Positions 1 through 9,340 of a stretch of DNA of 64,000 nt are shown one piece after another. The notes below the pieces were generated by a model. That model was not told the DNA's origin. It did no database searches and saw nothing but the letters and a program-made list of their open reading frames with translations. Position 1 is the stretch's first letter. Each line of letters starts with the position of its first letter. The DNA comes from Oceanispirochaeta sp. Its GTDB lineage: Bacteria; Spirochaetota; Spirochaetia; DSM-2461. The position numbers were made by a program, and so were the translations under genes. The stretch spans positions 640,001-704,000 of the forward strand of contig CAXXXD010000002.1 in NCBI GenBank assembly GCA_963663385.2. Reading direction: 5' to 3'.

Positions 1-543
1 GAATACAATCAGGAAAATTATGGCGGGGAAGGGAATACCCAGCACATACCCGCCTCCCAGAAAATTGTACCACATGGGAAAGGAGGTTATGGGAAATCCC
101 CCTGTGATCAGATTGGCGAATCCCGATAGAGACGTCATCAGGGCCAGGGTTATAATAAAAGTCGGAACATCGTATCTGTTCCGGATTGCCGCAGAAAAGC
201 TGCCCAGGGCGAAACCGGCCGTCAGAGCCAGGACGATTCCGCAGATTACCGCCAGAGCGGGAGATACTCCCCCGGCGGTCATAACCTTGACAACCCAGGC
301 GCTTATACAGCCCGAAAAGGCCACAGCGGACCCGACGCTCAAGTCGATTTCTCCCGCCACCATAACCATTGTCATCCCGAAGGCGATAATCCCCTGCATG
401 GAGGAGTTTCTAAGGATATTGAGAAAGTTATCAATGGTGAAGAATCCCTTTGCCGTCAGGGACAGGAAAATACAGAGCATTATCAGAATACTCAGAAGCA
501 TCTGTTTTTTTAAAGGGTTGTTCTCCCTGATCCATTTTATCAT
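1..543 (-). CDS. Monosaccharide ABC transporter permease (RbsC/MglC family), runs off window edge
   Basis: Manual translation from ATG at 543: MIKWIRENNPLKKQMLL...IIAFGMTMVMVAGEIDLSVGS. GEIDLSVG is the BPD_transp_2 signature; directly follows the ATPase stop. Confidence 0.9.
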   Translation of the reverse strand, partial: MIKWIRENNPLKKQMLLSILIMLCIFLSLTAKGFFTIDNFLNILRNSSMQGIIAFGMTMVMVAGEIDLSVGSAVAFSGCISAWVVKVMTAGGVSPALAVICGIVLALTAGFALGSFSAAIRNRYDVPTFIITLALMTSLSGFANLITGGFPITSFPMWYNFLGGGYVLGIPFPAIIFLIVF

Positions 544-545
544 GG

Positions 546-2045
546 TTAAGCCTCCATACACATGGCATAAATTTTTTCTATTGTCATATCTTCGGGATAC
601 ACTTCATCCACTATACGGCCCTGACGCATAATCAGAATCCTGTGGCAGATCTCCAGAAGCTCTTCCAGCTCCGATGAAACCACGAGGGAGGAGATGCCTT
701 CCCGGCTGAGGTCCCACATAATCTGGAATATCTGCTGTTTTGCCTGTACATCGATTCCCCGGGACGGTTCATCGTAGATCATCAGGCGGGGATTTGTATT
801 AAGCCAGTTCCCTACAACAATTTTCTGCTGATTCCCGCCGCTCAGGGAAGAAACGGGCAGATCCCCCCGGGGAACCTTGGCCTGCAGTTTTTCTATGGGA
901 CCTTTAATATAGGGTTCTTCCATTTTTTTATTGATATAACCGCCGCGGCCGCCCATTGTATCCAATGAGGCCAGGCAGAGGTTTTCGTTTGTTGTCAATA
1001 CCTGAACCAGACCCTCTTCCTTGCGGTTTTCCGGGGTCAGTCCCATACCCAGTTTTTTCATTCTGGCAGGGGAGGGCTGATCTATCAGTGTATTGTTGAA
1101 CAGGATGCTCCCGCTGCTATGGGAGTCTGCGCCGAAGATGGCACGGAGGAGTTCGGTTCTCCCCGATCCGAGCATCCCGGCAATTCCCAGGATCTCCCCT
1201 TTCATAACCTTGAAGCTGATATCTCTGAAATGCTGTCCCCTTGTCAGATCTCTGACTTCCAGGATCGGTTCATCCTGAATCTTCAGGTCCGCAGGGCGTG
1301 TCTTCTGCTCCACTTTGCCAAACATCATATGGACTATTTCTTCAGATGTCACATCGGACATATTTTTTCTGCCGATATAAATGCCATCCCGTATAACGGT
1401 TACGGTGTCGGCTATTTCATTCAGTTCCTGGAGCCGGTGGGATATGTAGAGAATCCCGACTCCCTTTTCTTTTAAGGTTCGTATAACTTTAAAAAGGCTG
1501 TTTACCTCATGCTGAGCCAGGGCTGATGTAGGTTCGTCCAGCATCAGAACTGTCGGGTTGAAACTCATGGCTTTGGCAATTTCCACAACCTGCTGCTGTC
1601 CTACGCTCAGGTATTTCACCGGGCTGGTGACAGGGATATTCACTCCCATTTCATCCAGTACATGCTGGGCTCTCGCATAGGAGGACTTCCAGTCAATTTG
1701 CGAAATCAGGCCGCTCTTTTTATAACTCAATCGTCCAAGGAGGATATTCTCCGCCACTGTCAGATCGGGTATAAGGCTCAGTTCCTGATAAACCGTGGCG
1801 ATCCCCTGACGAAAGGCGTCCAGAGGAGTCTCCATTTTTACTTCTGTATCATTTACCCGGAGGGTTCCACTGGTCGGATGTATGGCGCCGGAAATAATCT
1901 TTATTAGCGTACTTTTCCCGGAGCCGTTTTTACCGATAATGGCATGAACTTTTCCGCCCTCATATGTAACGGAAAAGTTATCCAGTGCAACCGTACCGGG
2001 GTAAACCTTTCGCAGTCCTACTGTTTCCAGTTTATTCTGTTTCAT
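546..2045 (-). CDS. Sugar ABC transporter ATP-binding protein (RbsA/MglA family, two ABC domains)
   Basis: GKNGSGKST Walker A, LDEPT, LSGGNQQK, YDEPSRGIDV. Confidence 0.95.
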   Translation of the reverse strand: MKQNKLETVGLRKVYPGTVALDNFSVTYEGGKVHAIIGKNGSGKSTLIKIISGAIHPTSGTLRVNDTEVKMETPLDAFRQGIATVYQELSLIPDLTVAENILLGRLSYKKSGLISQIDWKSSYARAQHVLDEMGVNIPVTSPVKYLSVGQQQVVEIAKAMSFNPTVLMLDEPTSALAQHEVNSLFKVIRTLKEKGVGILYISHRLQELNEIADTVTVIRDGIYIGRKNMSDVTSEEIVHMMFGKVEQKTRPADLKIQDEPILEVRDLTRGQHFRDISFKVMKGEILGIAGMLGSGRTELLRAIFGADSHSSGSILFNNTLIDQPSPARMKKLGMGLTPENRKEEGLVQVLTTNENLCLASLDTMGGRGGYINKKMEEPYIKGPIEKLQAKVPRGDLPVSSLSGGNQQKIVVGNWLNTNPRLMIYDEPSRGIDVQAKQQIFQIMWDLSREGISSLVVSSELEELLEICHRILIMRQGRIVDEVYPEDMTIEKIYAMCMEA

Positions 2046-2067
2046 AGATTTCCCCGTATCGGATCTT

Positions 2068-3033
2068 TTATTCTGTCAGTTCTTTCTGCATTTTCAAAAA
2101 CTCTTCAATTCCCTCCGGGTTGCTGCGGGACAGCAGCAGGCCTGGTACGATTACCGTGGGTTCAACGGGCTCGTTCCTGATGGCTTTTACAGCAAACTCT
2201 ATGGCCTGGTAACCAATCTGATAAGGCTGCTGTCCTGTTGTCGCCTGAAGAATATTATCACTGTCTTTCAGGAAGGTAGCCAGCTGTTCACTGGCATCGA
2301 TACCGAATACGGCCATATCTTTACCGGAGTTTTTCACGGCCATTACAGCGCCGACAGTTCCACCGTCGTTGGCGGCATAGATAATATCCAGATCGGGATT
2401 GGCAGTCATAATATCCCCGGCCTTTGCCAGAGCCATTTCGGCCAGCCAGGCATCCTGCTGGGCAACCACTTCCACACCGGGCATATCGGTTATTTCATTT
2501 AAGAATCCATTTACTCTCATATCGGATATTTCCGGAAGCTGTGATTTGAAGGCAAGTGTTGCCACTTTTGCTTTTCCACCCAGCTGTGACTCAATATATT
2601 CTCTGGCCTGCTTACCGGAAGACGCACCCAGTTCGCTCTGGGAGCTGTTGATATAGGAGGCAGGAAAGTCTGCTCCCAGGGGAGAGTTGTAGGTTATAAC
2701 ACTGATTCCCTTGTCATTGGCTCTTTTAAGAGCGGCTACAGAAGCTGTTTCACTGAGAGGAGAAATAACAATGGCATCAACACCCCTTGTTATATAGGTG
2801 TTAACCAGCTCCATTTCCTTCTCGGGCTTGTTATTGCTGTTGGCCAGAAAAAGTTCAACACCCAGGTCATCTGCCGCATCCTGCATCCCTTTCTGGATTA
2901 CATTGAAGAACTGGTCGTCCTGAAATACGATACCCGCAATAGTCAGTTTCTCACTGTCTTCGTTCTGACCTCCCGCCCAAACGGCAGTAGTCAGCAATAA
3001 TATGGCGAGAGCCATCAGTAAAAGTTTTTTCAT
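2068..3033 (-). CDS. Sugar ABC substrate-binding protein (RbsB-like)
   Basis: Start reassigned to MKKLLLMALAILL (ATG at 3033, AGGAG RBS upstream); signal peptide; ANDGGTVGA and VFGIDAS motifs. Confidence 0.9.
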   Translation of the reverse strand: MKKLLLMALAILLLTTAVWAGGQNEDSEKLTIAGIVFQDDQFFNVIQKGMQDAADDLGVELFLANSNNKPEKEMELVNTYITRGVDAIVISPLSETASVAALKRANDKGISVITYNSPLGADFPASYINSSQSELGASSGKQAREYIESQLGGKAKVATLAFKSQLPEISDMRVNGFLNEITDMPGVEVVAQQDAWLAEMALAKAGDIMTANPDLDIIYAANDGGTVGAVMAVKNSGKDMAVFGIDASEQLATFLKDSDNILQATTGQQPYQIGYQAIEFAVKAIRNEPVEPTVIVPGLLLSRSNPEGIEEFLKMQKELTE

Positions 3034-3081
3034 TATAAAACTCCTTTGATTTTTTTCCCCTTGGGGCTGACTATCGTAAAA

Positions 3082-3096
3082 ACAAGAAATGGGCCA
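3082..3096 (-). promoter_or_regulatory. Putative sigma54 (-24/-12) promoter of the sugar ABC operon
   Basis: Minus strand TGGCCCATTTCTTGT matches TGGCACG-N4-TTGC spacing, with GT instead of GC at -12; adjacent to a sigma54 activator gene. Confidence 0.6.
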
Positions 3097-3226
3097 TTTT
3101 TTCAAAAAAAACATAATAAAATACAAAAAATTTCCTATTTGTTTTCATTATATATAAATAATTTCTTTTCGTACAAACGGGCCAGGGCGCAGGCCTATAA
3201 GCCGGATAGGGTCTTCAAGGTTGCAC

Positions 3227-3266
3227 CGGGTCATTCATGTCCCGGAAAGCGGGTCATTTATGTCCC
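3227..3266. promoter_or_regulatory. Tandem palindromic enhancer (UAS) sites for the sigma54 activator
   Basis: CGGGTCATTCATGTCCC (3227-3243) and CGGGTCATTTATGTCCC (3250-3266), each GGGWCA-N4-TGWCCC, 23 bp apart. Confidence 0.65.
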
Positions 3267-4676
3267 ACTGCTCTCTGATATCCCGTAGGACTGCAGTTTT
3301 CTGCCAATGGTTTTTCTTGTTATACCAAGCTCTTCAGCTGTCCTTGTTCTGTTAAAATTGTTTTTTGTCAGCGCTTCTGTCAGAATCTGTTTCTCGTATT
3401 GTTCAATTACAGGATTCAGTCTTTCCGACAGGGTTCCTGTTTTCTTAACAGGGCCCCTGTCGTCCCGGGGCAGATCGGTTTTCACGATACTGTCATGATT
3501 TCCCAGAAGCCGTTTAATCTGATCACTATGGATTTCTTCCTTTTCTGTCAGAATAACTATCCGGTTTATCAGATTTTTCAGTTCCCTGATATTCCCCGGC
3601 CAATGATACTCTCTGAGTATCTGAATTTCCTGTTCTCCCAGAGGGAGAATATTCTTTCTATACTGGCGGGCGTACATTTCGATAAAGCTGTTGGCCAGTA
3701 TTCCGATATCCTCTTTTCTCTCCCGTAAAGGGGGCAGGTTGAAGTGAATGACATTCAGCCGGAAAAAAAGGTCCTCCCTGAAGAGATCTTTCCTGATCAG
3801 TGCAGGGATATTATGATTGGTAGCGGCAATAATGTGGGTATCAACTTCTATTCTGTTGTTTCCCCCGAGAGGTTCAAAAGACCGTTCCTCCAGAACCCTG
3901 AGGAACTTGGCCTGGATATCCATACTCATATCTCCCACCTCATCCAGAAACAGGGTCCCCTTATGGGCCAGTTCAAACTTGCCGGACTTATTTTCCACGG
4001 CTCCGGTAAAGGCCCCTTTCCGGTGGCCGAACAACTCGCTGAGCAGAAGGTTATCAGACAGGGCGGCGCTGTTCAGGCCCACAAAATTACTCCGGCTGCG
4101 GTTTCCCGTATTGTGAATATAGCGGGCGAGCACCTCTTTTCCCGTACCGCTCTCACCTGTAATCAGTATATTGGGAGCCAGATCCTTCACCTGATCGGCC
4201 GTTCGGATTATCTCTTTCATTACAGGGCTTTCTGAAATAAACAGGGGCTGCTTACTGCCTTTATTGAGCTCTTCCTTAAGCTGCCTGTTTTCCCGGCGAA
4301 GCTGATGAAGTTCCCTGTTCTTTAAAATGGAATCCAGAACCTTTTCTTTTTCCAGCGGTTTCTGCAGGTAGTCATTCGCCCCCTTCCTGAGGGCTTCGAT
4401 CGCCGTATCCAGCTGGGCAAATCCTGTAATAATCAGTATTACCATGTCCGGATTCTGCTCTTTCAGGGCGTGCATTAAATCCAGTCCGCTCTCTTCATCC
4501 TTCAGGCGGATATCCAGTATGGCTATATCAAAGGTATGATCCCGCATCAGGTTTCCGGCTTCAGTCAGGTTCCCGGCTTCAAAAACGGAAAAACCTTTCC
4601 GGGACAGGAATACTCTCAGACCGAACCTTAATCCTTCTTCATCATCAACTATCAGAATATGTCCTTTCTGTTCCAT
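3258..4676 (-). CDS. Sigma54-dependent response regulator (NtrC/AtoC family)
   Basis: Receiver domain, GESGTGKE, GAFTGA, FLDEVG, WPGNIRELKN, C-terminal Fis-type HTH. Confidence 0.95.
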   Translation of the reverse strand: MEQKGHILIVDDEEGLRFGLRVFLSRKGFSVFEAGNLTEAGNLMRDHTFDIAILDIRLKDEESGLDLMHALKEQNPDMVILIITGFAQLDTAIEALRKGANDYLQKPLEKEKVLDSILKNRELHQLRRENRQLKEELNKGSKQPLFISESPVMKEIIRTADQVKDLAPNILITGESGTGKEVLARYIHNTGNRSRSNFVGLNSAALSDNLLLSELFGHRKGAFTGAVENKSGKFELAHKGTLFLDEVGDMSMDIQAKFLRVLEERSFEPLGGNNRIEVDTHIIAATNHNIPALIRKDLFREDLFFRLNVIHFNLPPLRERKEDIGILANSFIEMYARQYRKNILPLGEQEIQILREYHWPGNIRELKNLINRIVILTEKEEIHSDQIKRLLGNHDSIVKTDLPRDDRGPVKKTGTLSERLNPVIEQYEKQILTEALTKNNFNRTRTAEELGITRKTIGRKLQSYGISESSGT

Positions 4677-4702
4677 ATATCTCCTTGTCGGGCGTGAATT
4701 CC

Positions 4703-6808
4703 CTAGTCCCTCGGCAGTATCACTGTAAACACGCTGCCTTTTCCGGGATCCGACTGTACCTTGATGGATCCGTGGTACCGGTTTACCAGACCATATACAA
4801 TGGATAATCCCAGTCCGGTCCCCTTTCCCACTGGTTTTGTCGTATAAAAAGGATCAAATATCCTCATCTGGTCCATTTGCGAAATACCGGATCCCGTATC
4901 GCTGACAGATAAAACAAGGCTTTTTTTTCCCGCCCTGTTTTCTTCCGATAATTCCAGATGAGCTTTCCCTCCCGACTCCATTGCCTGTACCGCATTATTC
5001 AGGAGGTTGATTATTACCTGGAGGAGCTCGTCGGGAGGCATGAGGCATTGAAGATCCGTAAATCCCTCTGTTCTGGTATAACTTATACGGGAATACTCTT
5101 TCAAGAGGTATTTCATATAATGGTCAAGTTCGGGCAGCCAATTCGTATCATTTGTATTATCCCCGTTCCGTTCTTTACTCCCTGTAAACCGGAACAGATT
5201 CTGGATAATGGTGGCGATTCTTCTGGTTTCGTTTTTTATCCATTTCAGGGACTCTTCGCCTTCCCTGCTTTTTATCTCTCCCTCGAGATTTTCAACATTC
5301 AGCATGATGGCCCCGAGGGGATTATTAATCTCATGGGCCACTCCGGCGGTTAATATGGATATGGAATTGAGCTTTTCAGCCTGAATCATACGGGATTCCA
5401 TCTCCTCTTTGGATGTAATATCCTCCAGCATGAGAATACAGGAGGATTCGGTTCTGTCCTCTTCTTTGTGAAGCAAATAAAGCCTTACGTCGTAGACTCT
5501 TCCATTGTTTGATTGGCAGATCCTGCTATAGTTGTCCAGCTCGCCGTTCCGTATTCGTTCGAGTTTCTCCTGAAGGGAGGAGTTCCAGAAAGGGAGATTT
5601 TCTGTTACCAGGGGTTTTCCGATGTCTTTTCTGATGAAAAAACGGGAGAAGGCGCTGTTTATTTTGGTAAGACTGTTCTGTCCGTCAATGACAGCAATCC
5701 CCTCCTGGATGGAATCCATAATCTGTTCGTTGTAATCCTTTAAAAAGGTTATTTCCTGTATGTATTTCTGCTGTTTTACCGCATCTTCCTTTAAGCTCCC
5801 GGCCATCATATTGAATCCGTTATAGAGCTGGGTGATTTCCGTTGAGCGTCCTTTGGCATCGACCCTGGGGTAGCTGCCGTTTGTAAGGATACCCATTGCC
5901 GTACACAACTCCTGAATCGGCCTGGTTATGGATTTGGAAAGTCCGAAACTGATGATCACTGCCAGAAACACGCATAGTATGCTTATAAGGAAAAACTGCT
6001 GTTTGATGGCAGCCATTCGCTGTTTCAGGGGAAGGTTGGGAGAAAATATTACGGCGTTTACGGATTTGCCTCTGTCTTCCTGGTGTTCCAGCGGGGTAAT
6101 CAGTATGTTATAGCTTTTATTGTAAAAAATCTGATCGAACCGAAGCCGTTCTCCATTCTGCTGCGGCGGTTCCTTCATCATTTCCCGTATTTTTGAGATG
6201 TAATATTCCGGATCCATTGTACCGGATACCGCTTCCCCTTCATTCATCAGTATTATTCCGGAAACCGTATCATAAGCCAGTTCCTTGCAGAAATCGTTAT
6301 TCAGTTCCTTATACAAATGAAAGAGAAGGGGATCCCTGTTTTCCGGTTCTGTCCGTATTGTTCCTGTCATATACAGGGAACCGTCTTTTTCCAGAATAAC
6401 AACACTGGGATGCCACTTCCCCATGGTTTCGGGAAGCCTGGAAAGCGGGAGTCCTCCATAGGGATTCTGAAGGTTAAGCCCCTCCGTCCTGTTTCCCTGC
6501 GTCATGGTCAGATAATCCAGATTGTCAGTATGAATCTCTTTTATTATCTCCGGCAGTAATTTTTCAAAATCATCAATTGAGGCGTCCTCTAAAAGCGCGG
6601 TATTATCAATATGGACAATGTCCTGCCATACAAGAAAATGGAACTGACTGAAATGGTTGTGGACGACTGTTTTTTCATGAGTCAGGGTTTCTCTGCCATC
6701 CTTGTGGCTTATTCTGGTCAATGACAGGGAGAGGAAGTTAAAGGCCAGTAAAGCCTGAATAAAAACCAGCCCGGTCATAAATAGAAATGTTCTCGTCAGT
6801 ATTTTCAT
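4703..6808 (-). CDS. Membrane sensor histidine kinase (HAMP, PAS-like, HisKA, HATPase)
   Basis: Two TM segments, AGVAHEINNPL H-box, FDPFYTTK and GTGLGL; upstream of the response regulator. Confidence 0.93.
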   Translation of the reverse strand: MKILTRTFLFMTGLVFIQALLAFNFLSLSLTRISHKDGRETLTHEKTVVHNHFSQFHFLVWQDIVHIDNTALLEDASIDDFEKLLPEIIKEIHTDNLDYLTMTQGNRTEGLNLQNPYGGLPLSRLPETMGKWHPSVVILEKDGSLYMTGTIRTEPENRDPLLFHLYKELNNDFCKELAYDTVSGIILMNEGEAVSGTMDPEYYISKIREMMKEPPQQNGERLRFDQIFYNKSYNILITPLEHQEDRGKSVNAVIFSPNLPLKQRMAAIKQQFFLISILCVFLAVIISFGLSKSITRPIQELCTAMGILTNGSYPRVDAKGRSTEITQLYNGFNMMAGSLKEDAVKQQKYIQEITFLKDYNEQIMDSIQEGIAVIDGQNSLTKINSAFSRFFIRKDIGKPLVTENLPFWNSSLQEKLERIRNGELDNYSRICQSNNGRVYDVRLYLLHKEEDRTESSCILMLEDITSKEEMESRMIQAEKLNSISILTAGVAHEINNPLGAIMLNVENLEGEIKSREGEESLKWIKNETRRIATIIQNLFRFTGSKERNGDNTNDTNWLPELDHYMKYLLKEYSRISYTRTEGFTDLQCLMPPDELLQVIINLLNNAVQAMESGGKAHLELSEENRAGKKSLVLSVSDTGSGISQMDQMRIFDPFYTTKPVGKGTGLGLSIVYGLVNRYHGSIKVQSDPGKGSVFTVILPRD

Positions 6809-6928
6809 AGAAAGCCATTATGACATGAATCTTACTCCTGCGGAGAAATAGTACTGATTTATACCCATAATTCGGTCTCCTTCTTTCTCTACTTGTCTTT
6901 CTACACCATATTATTTTAATATAAAGTC

Positions 6929-8137
6929 ATGAATCAGGATCAGGTCTCTCCGCTTATCTATTTTATGATAGGCTGTTTTTCTTTGAATTCCCTTTATCAC
7001 TACAGTCTGTTTCTGTTCTATAAGAAAAACTTCCCGGCCCTCTATTTCGCCTTTATCAATACGGTAGCACTGGCCTTCAATCTGCTTCACCTTTTTCAGT
7101 CTGTCTACGATCAGAAAATCGGTTCGCTTATTTTTATTCTGAATCCCCTGTTTTTTCTTCTCTTTCTCAATTCTTTGTTTCAGGATGAATTCAATATAAC
7201 CATTAACAGGATCTATAAAGCTGTTTCGGTTCTGCTGTTTGTTACAATTCTGGTTTTTCCCAACAGTTTATACCTGAGTGTATTCATATATTTCAATAAG
7301 GTTGTAATGGCGCTGATGCTTTTTGATATAGTCTATATTCTTCAGGCTCTGGTCAGGGCTGTCCTCAAAAGAAGGGAGGACGCTCCGGCCATTATGACCG
7401 GGATGGCCGTTATGGCTCTGCTGAGTATATCCCGCTATCTTTTCAGGGACAGTTTTGTCCGCATCCCCAATCCTGTAGGGGCTCTGTTTCTGATGTTTTT
7501 TTATTCACTCACCCTGGCGAAACGCTTTTCTGACTCCTATTACAGAAGAGAGGAACTGATTCAGCAGAAAACTGCCGCATTAAACAGTATGAATGCCCGG
7601 CTCAATGAACTGGCTATACGGGATCCTTTAACCAATCTCTATAACCGCCGCTACTTTTTCGAATATGCGGATCATATCTTTGATCAGTTTAAAAGATCGG
7701 GAACGGAATTTTCACTTGTAATTTTTGATATTGACAATTTTAAAAGGATTAATGACAGTTACGGACACCTGACCGGGGACCATATCCTGAAAAATCTGGC
7801 GAAACTGATGGATGAAACATTGCGCAGGGCCGATATTTCCGCCCGCTTCGGAGGGGAGGAGTTTGTCCTCCTTTTTTGTGACACCGGTCTGTCGGATGCA
7901 GTAAAGGTGTCTGAGAAAATCCGGAAGAGAATTGCCGGTATGGAATTCTCTGCTGAAGATGAGCGGACCTTCGCTATAACAGCCAGTTTCGGGATTGCCT
8001 CCTCTCAACCCGAAAAAAAGGATTTTCTCAGTATTGTCCATGATGCCGATACCGCTCTCTATCATTCCAAGGCGAACGGAAGGAACTGCACCTCTTTTAC
8101 AGACCGGGACGGGCAGCTGAACAGGATAGAATACTGA
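6929..8137 (+). CDS. Diguanylate cyclase with multi-TM (7TM-DISM-like) N-terminus
   Basis: DPLTNLYNRR, DIDNFKRINDSYGH, RRADISARFGGEEF (RxxD I-site and GGEEF). Confidence 0.92.
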   Translation: MNQDQVSPLIYFMIGCFSLNSLYHYSLFLFYKKNFPALYFAFINTVALAFNLLHLFQSVYDQKIGSLIFILNPLFFLLFLNSLFQDEFNITINRIYKAVSVLLFVTILVFPNSLYLSVFIYFNKVVMALMLFDIVYILQALVRAVLKRREDAPAIMTGMAVMALLSISRYLFRDSFVRIPNPVGALFLMFFYSLTLAKRFSDSYYRREELIQQKTAALNSMNARLNELAIRDPLTNLYNRRYFFEYADHIFDQFKRSGTEFSLVIFDIDNFKRINDSYGHLTGDHILKNLAKLMDETLRRADISARFGGEEFVLLFCDTGLSDAVKVSEKIRKRIAGMEFSAEDERTFAITASFGIASSQPEKKDFLSIVHDADTALYHSKANGRNCTSFTDRDGQLNRIEY

Positions 8138-8230
8138 ATTCAAAATCAAAAAGAACAATAATCCTCCTCCTGTTTGTTTAATAACAAAGTACCGGGATAT
8201 AAAAGAACCCGGAATAACAGGCAGGATAAA

Positions 8231-9286
8231 ATGAAAAAAAATAAAACGATTTGTATCATTCTTATGGTAATGGCCGGGGTTACTGTTCAGGTAAGCGCTG
8301 TAGAGGCGGAAAAAAGCCGGGCCGGACAGATTACGTTCTTCTATCCCATGGGGAGCAGCGGGGCTCAATCCATGGAATACTCAAACTGTTTCTCCCTGAA
8401 TATGGTATACGGTATGAACGGCGGTGTGGATGCCTTTGAGCTGGGCGGCGTGGGAAACTTCAACACCCATAATGTCAGCGGGACTCAGATTGCCGGTGTA
8501 TCCAATATAAACATGGAGGAGACAAAGGGATTCCAGATTGCGGGAGTGACCAATACAAACTTCGGGGATTCCACAGGGCTGATCTGGTCGGGGACTCTAA
8601 ACAGCGTCTTTGGAAATACCAGAGGTGTCATGATTTCCAATATTAATGTGACAACCGGCGAGATGAAGGGGCTGCAAGTCGGTACCCTGAACTATGCGGC
8701 CCGGTCGAAGGGCGTACAGCTGGGCGTTATTAATGTGGCGGCGGAAGGGGCCGACTCCCTTCCCATCGGTATCATCAGTGTCGTCAAGGACGGGTATTTC
8801 GCCATGGAAACGTCAATTGGTGATACCCTCTACGGAAACCTCAGCTACAAGATGGGGGTGGAGCTTTTTTATACCATCTTCAGTATCGGTGGATCCGTAC
8901 TGGACGGAGAGTCTCTGCTGGAAGGGGATTTTCCTGAGGATCAGGATTATATCTTCTCCCACGGTCTTGGATGGGGATCACTGATTTCTCTGGGCGGCCG
9001 GAATGCCCTGGCCATTGAAGCTTCAAGCCATCACATTGTTCATGAATGGAGCTGGGATGATGATATTAATCTCCTGAACAAGGTCAATATGAACTGCCAT
9101 ATTGGTCTGGGAGAGCATATATCCTTTTTTGCAGGTCCCTCTTTCAATGTGTACGTAACGGATGAGAAGATTGACGGAGAATACGGCACCCTTCCTGTTC
9201 CCTATACCTGTTTTGAAAAAGTATATGATGATATTCAGGTATCCATGTGGGTCGGAGGGAATGCCGGAATCACCTACAGGTTTTAA
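8231..9286 (+). CDS. Exported repeat protein, LA_2272-like, with C-terminal barrel-like end
   Basis: Signal peptide from ATG 8231; G-x-Q-(I/L)-x-G-x-x-N repeats (GTQIAGVSN, GFQIAGVTN, GLQVGTLN, GVQLGVIN); terminal ITYRF. Confidence 0.7.
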   Translation: MKKNKTICIILMVMAGVTVQVSAVEAEKSRAGQITFFYPMGSSGAQSMEYSNCFSLNMVYGMNGGVDAFELGGVGNFNTHNVSGTQIAGVSNINMEETKGFQIAGVTNTNFGDSTGLIWSGTLNSVFGNTRGVMISNINVTTGEMKGLQVGTLNYAARSKGVQLGVINVAAEGADSLPIGIISVVKDGYFAMETSIGDTLYGNLSYKMGVELFYTIFSIGGSVLDGESLLEGDFPEDQDYIFSHGLGWGSLISLGGRNALAIEASSHHIVHEWSWDDDINLLNKVNMNCHIGLGEHISFFAGPSFNVYVTDEKIDGEYGTLPVPYTCFEKVYDDIQVSMWVGGNAGITYRF

Positions 9287-9294
9287 TAGCTTCA

Positions 9295-9331
9295 ATCCGG
9301 GTTCTATCTGTGTTAAATATAGAACCCGGAT
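9295..9331. terminator. Stem-loop between convergent genes, probable intrinsic terminator
   Basis: Perfect 13-bp inverted repeat ATCCGGGTTCTAT/ATAGAACCCGGAT followed by a T-rich tract. Confidence 0.8.
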
Positions 9332-9340
9332 ACTTTTCTT

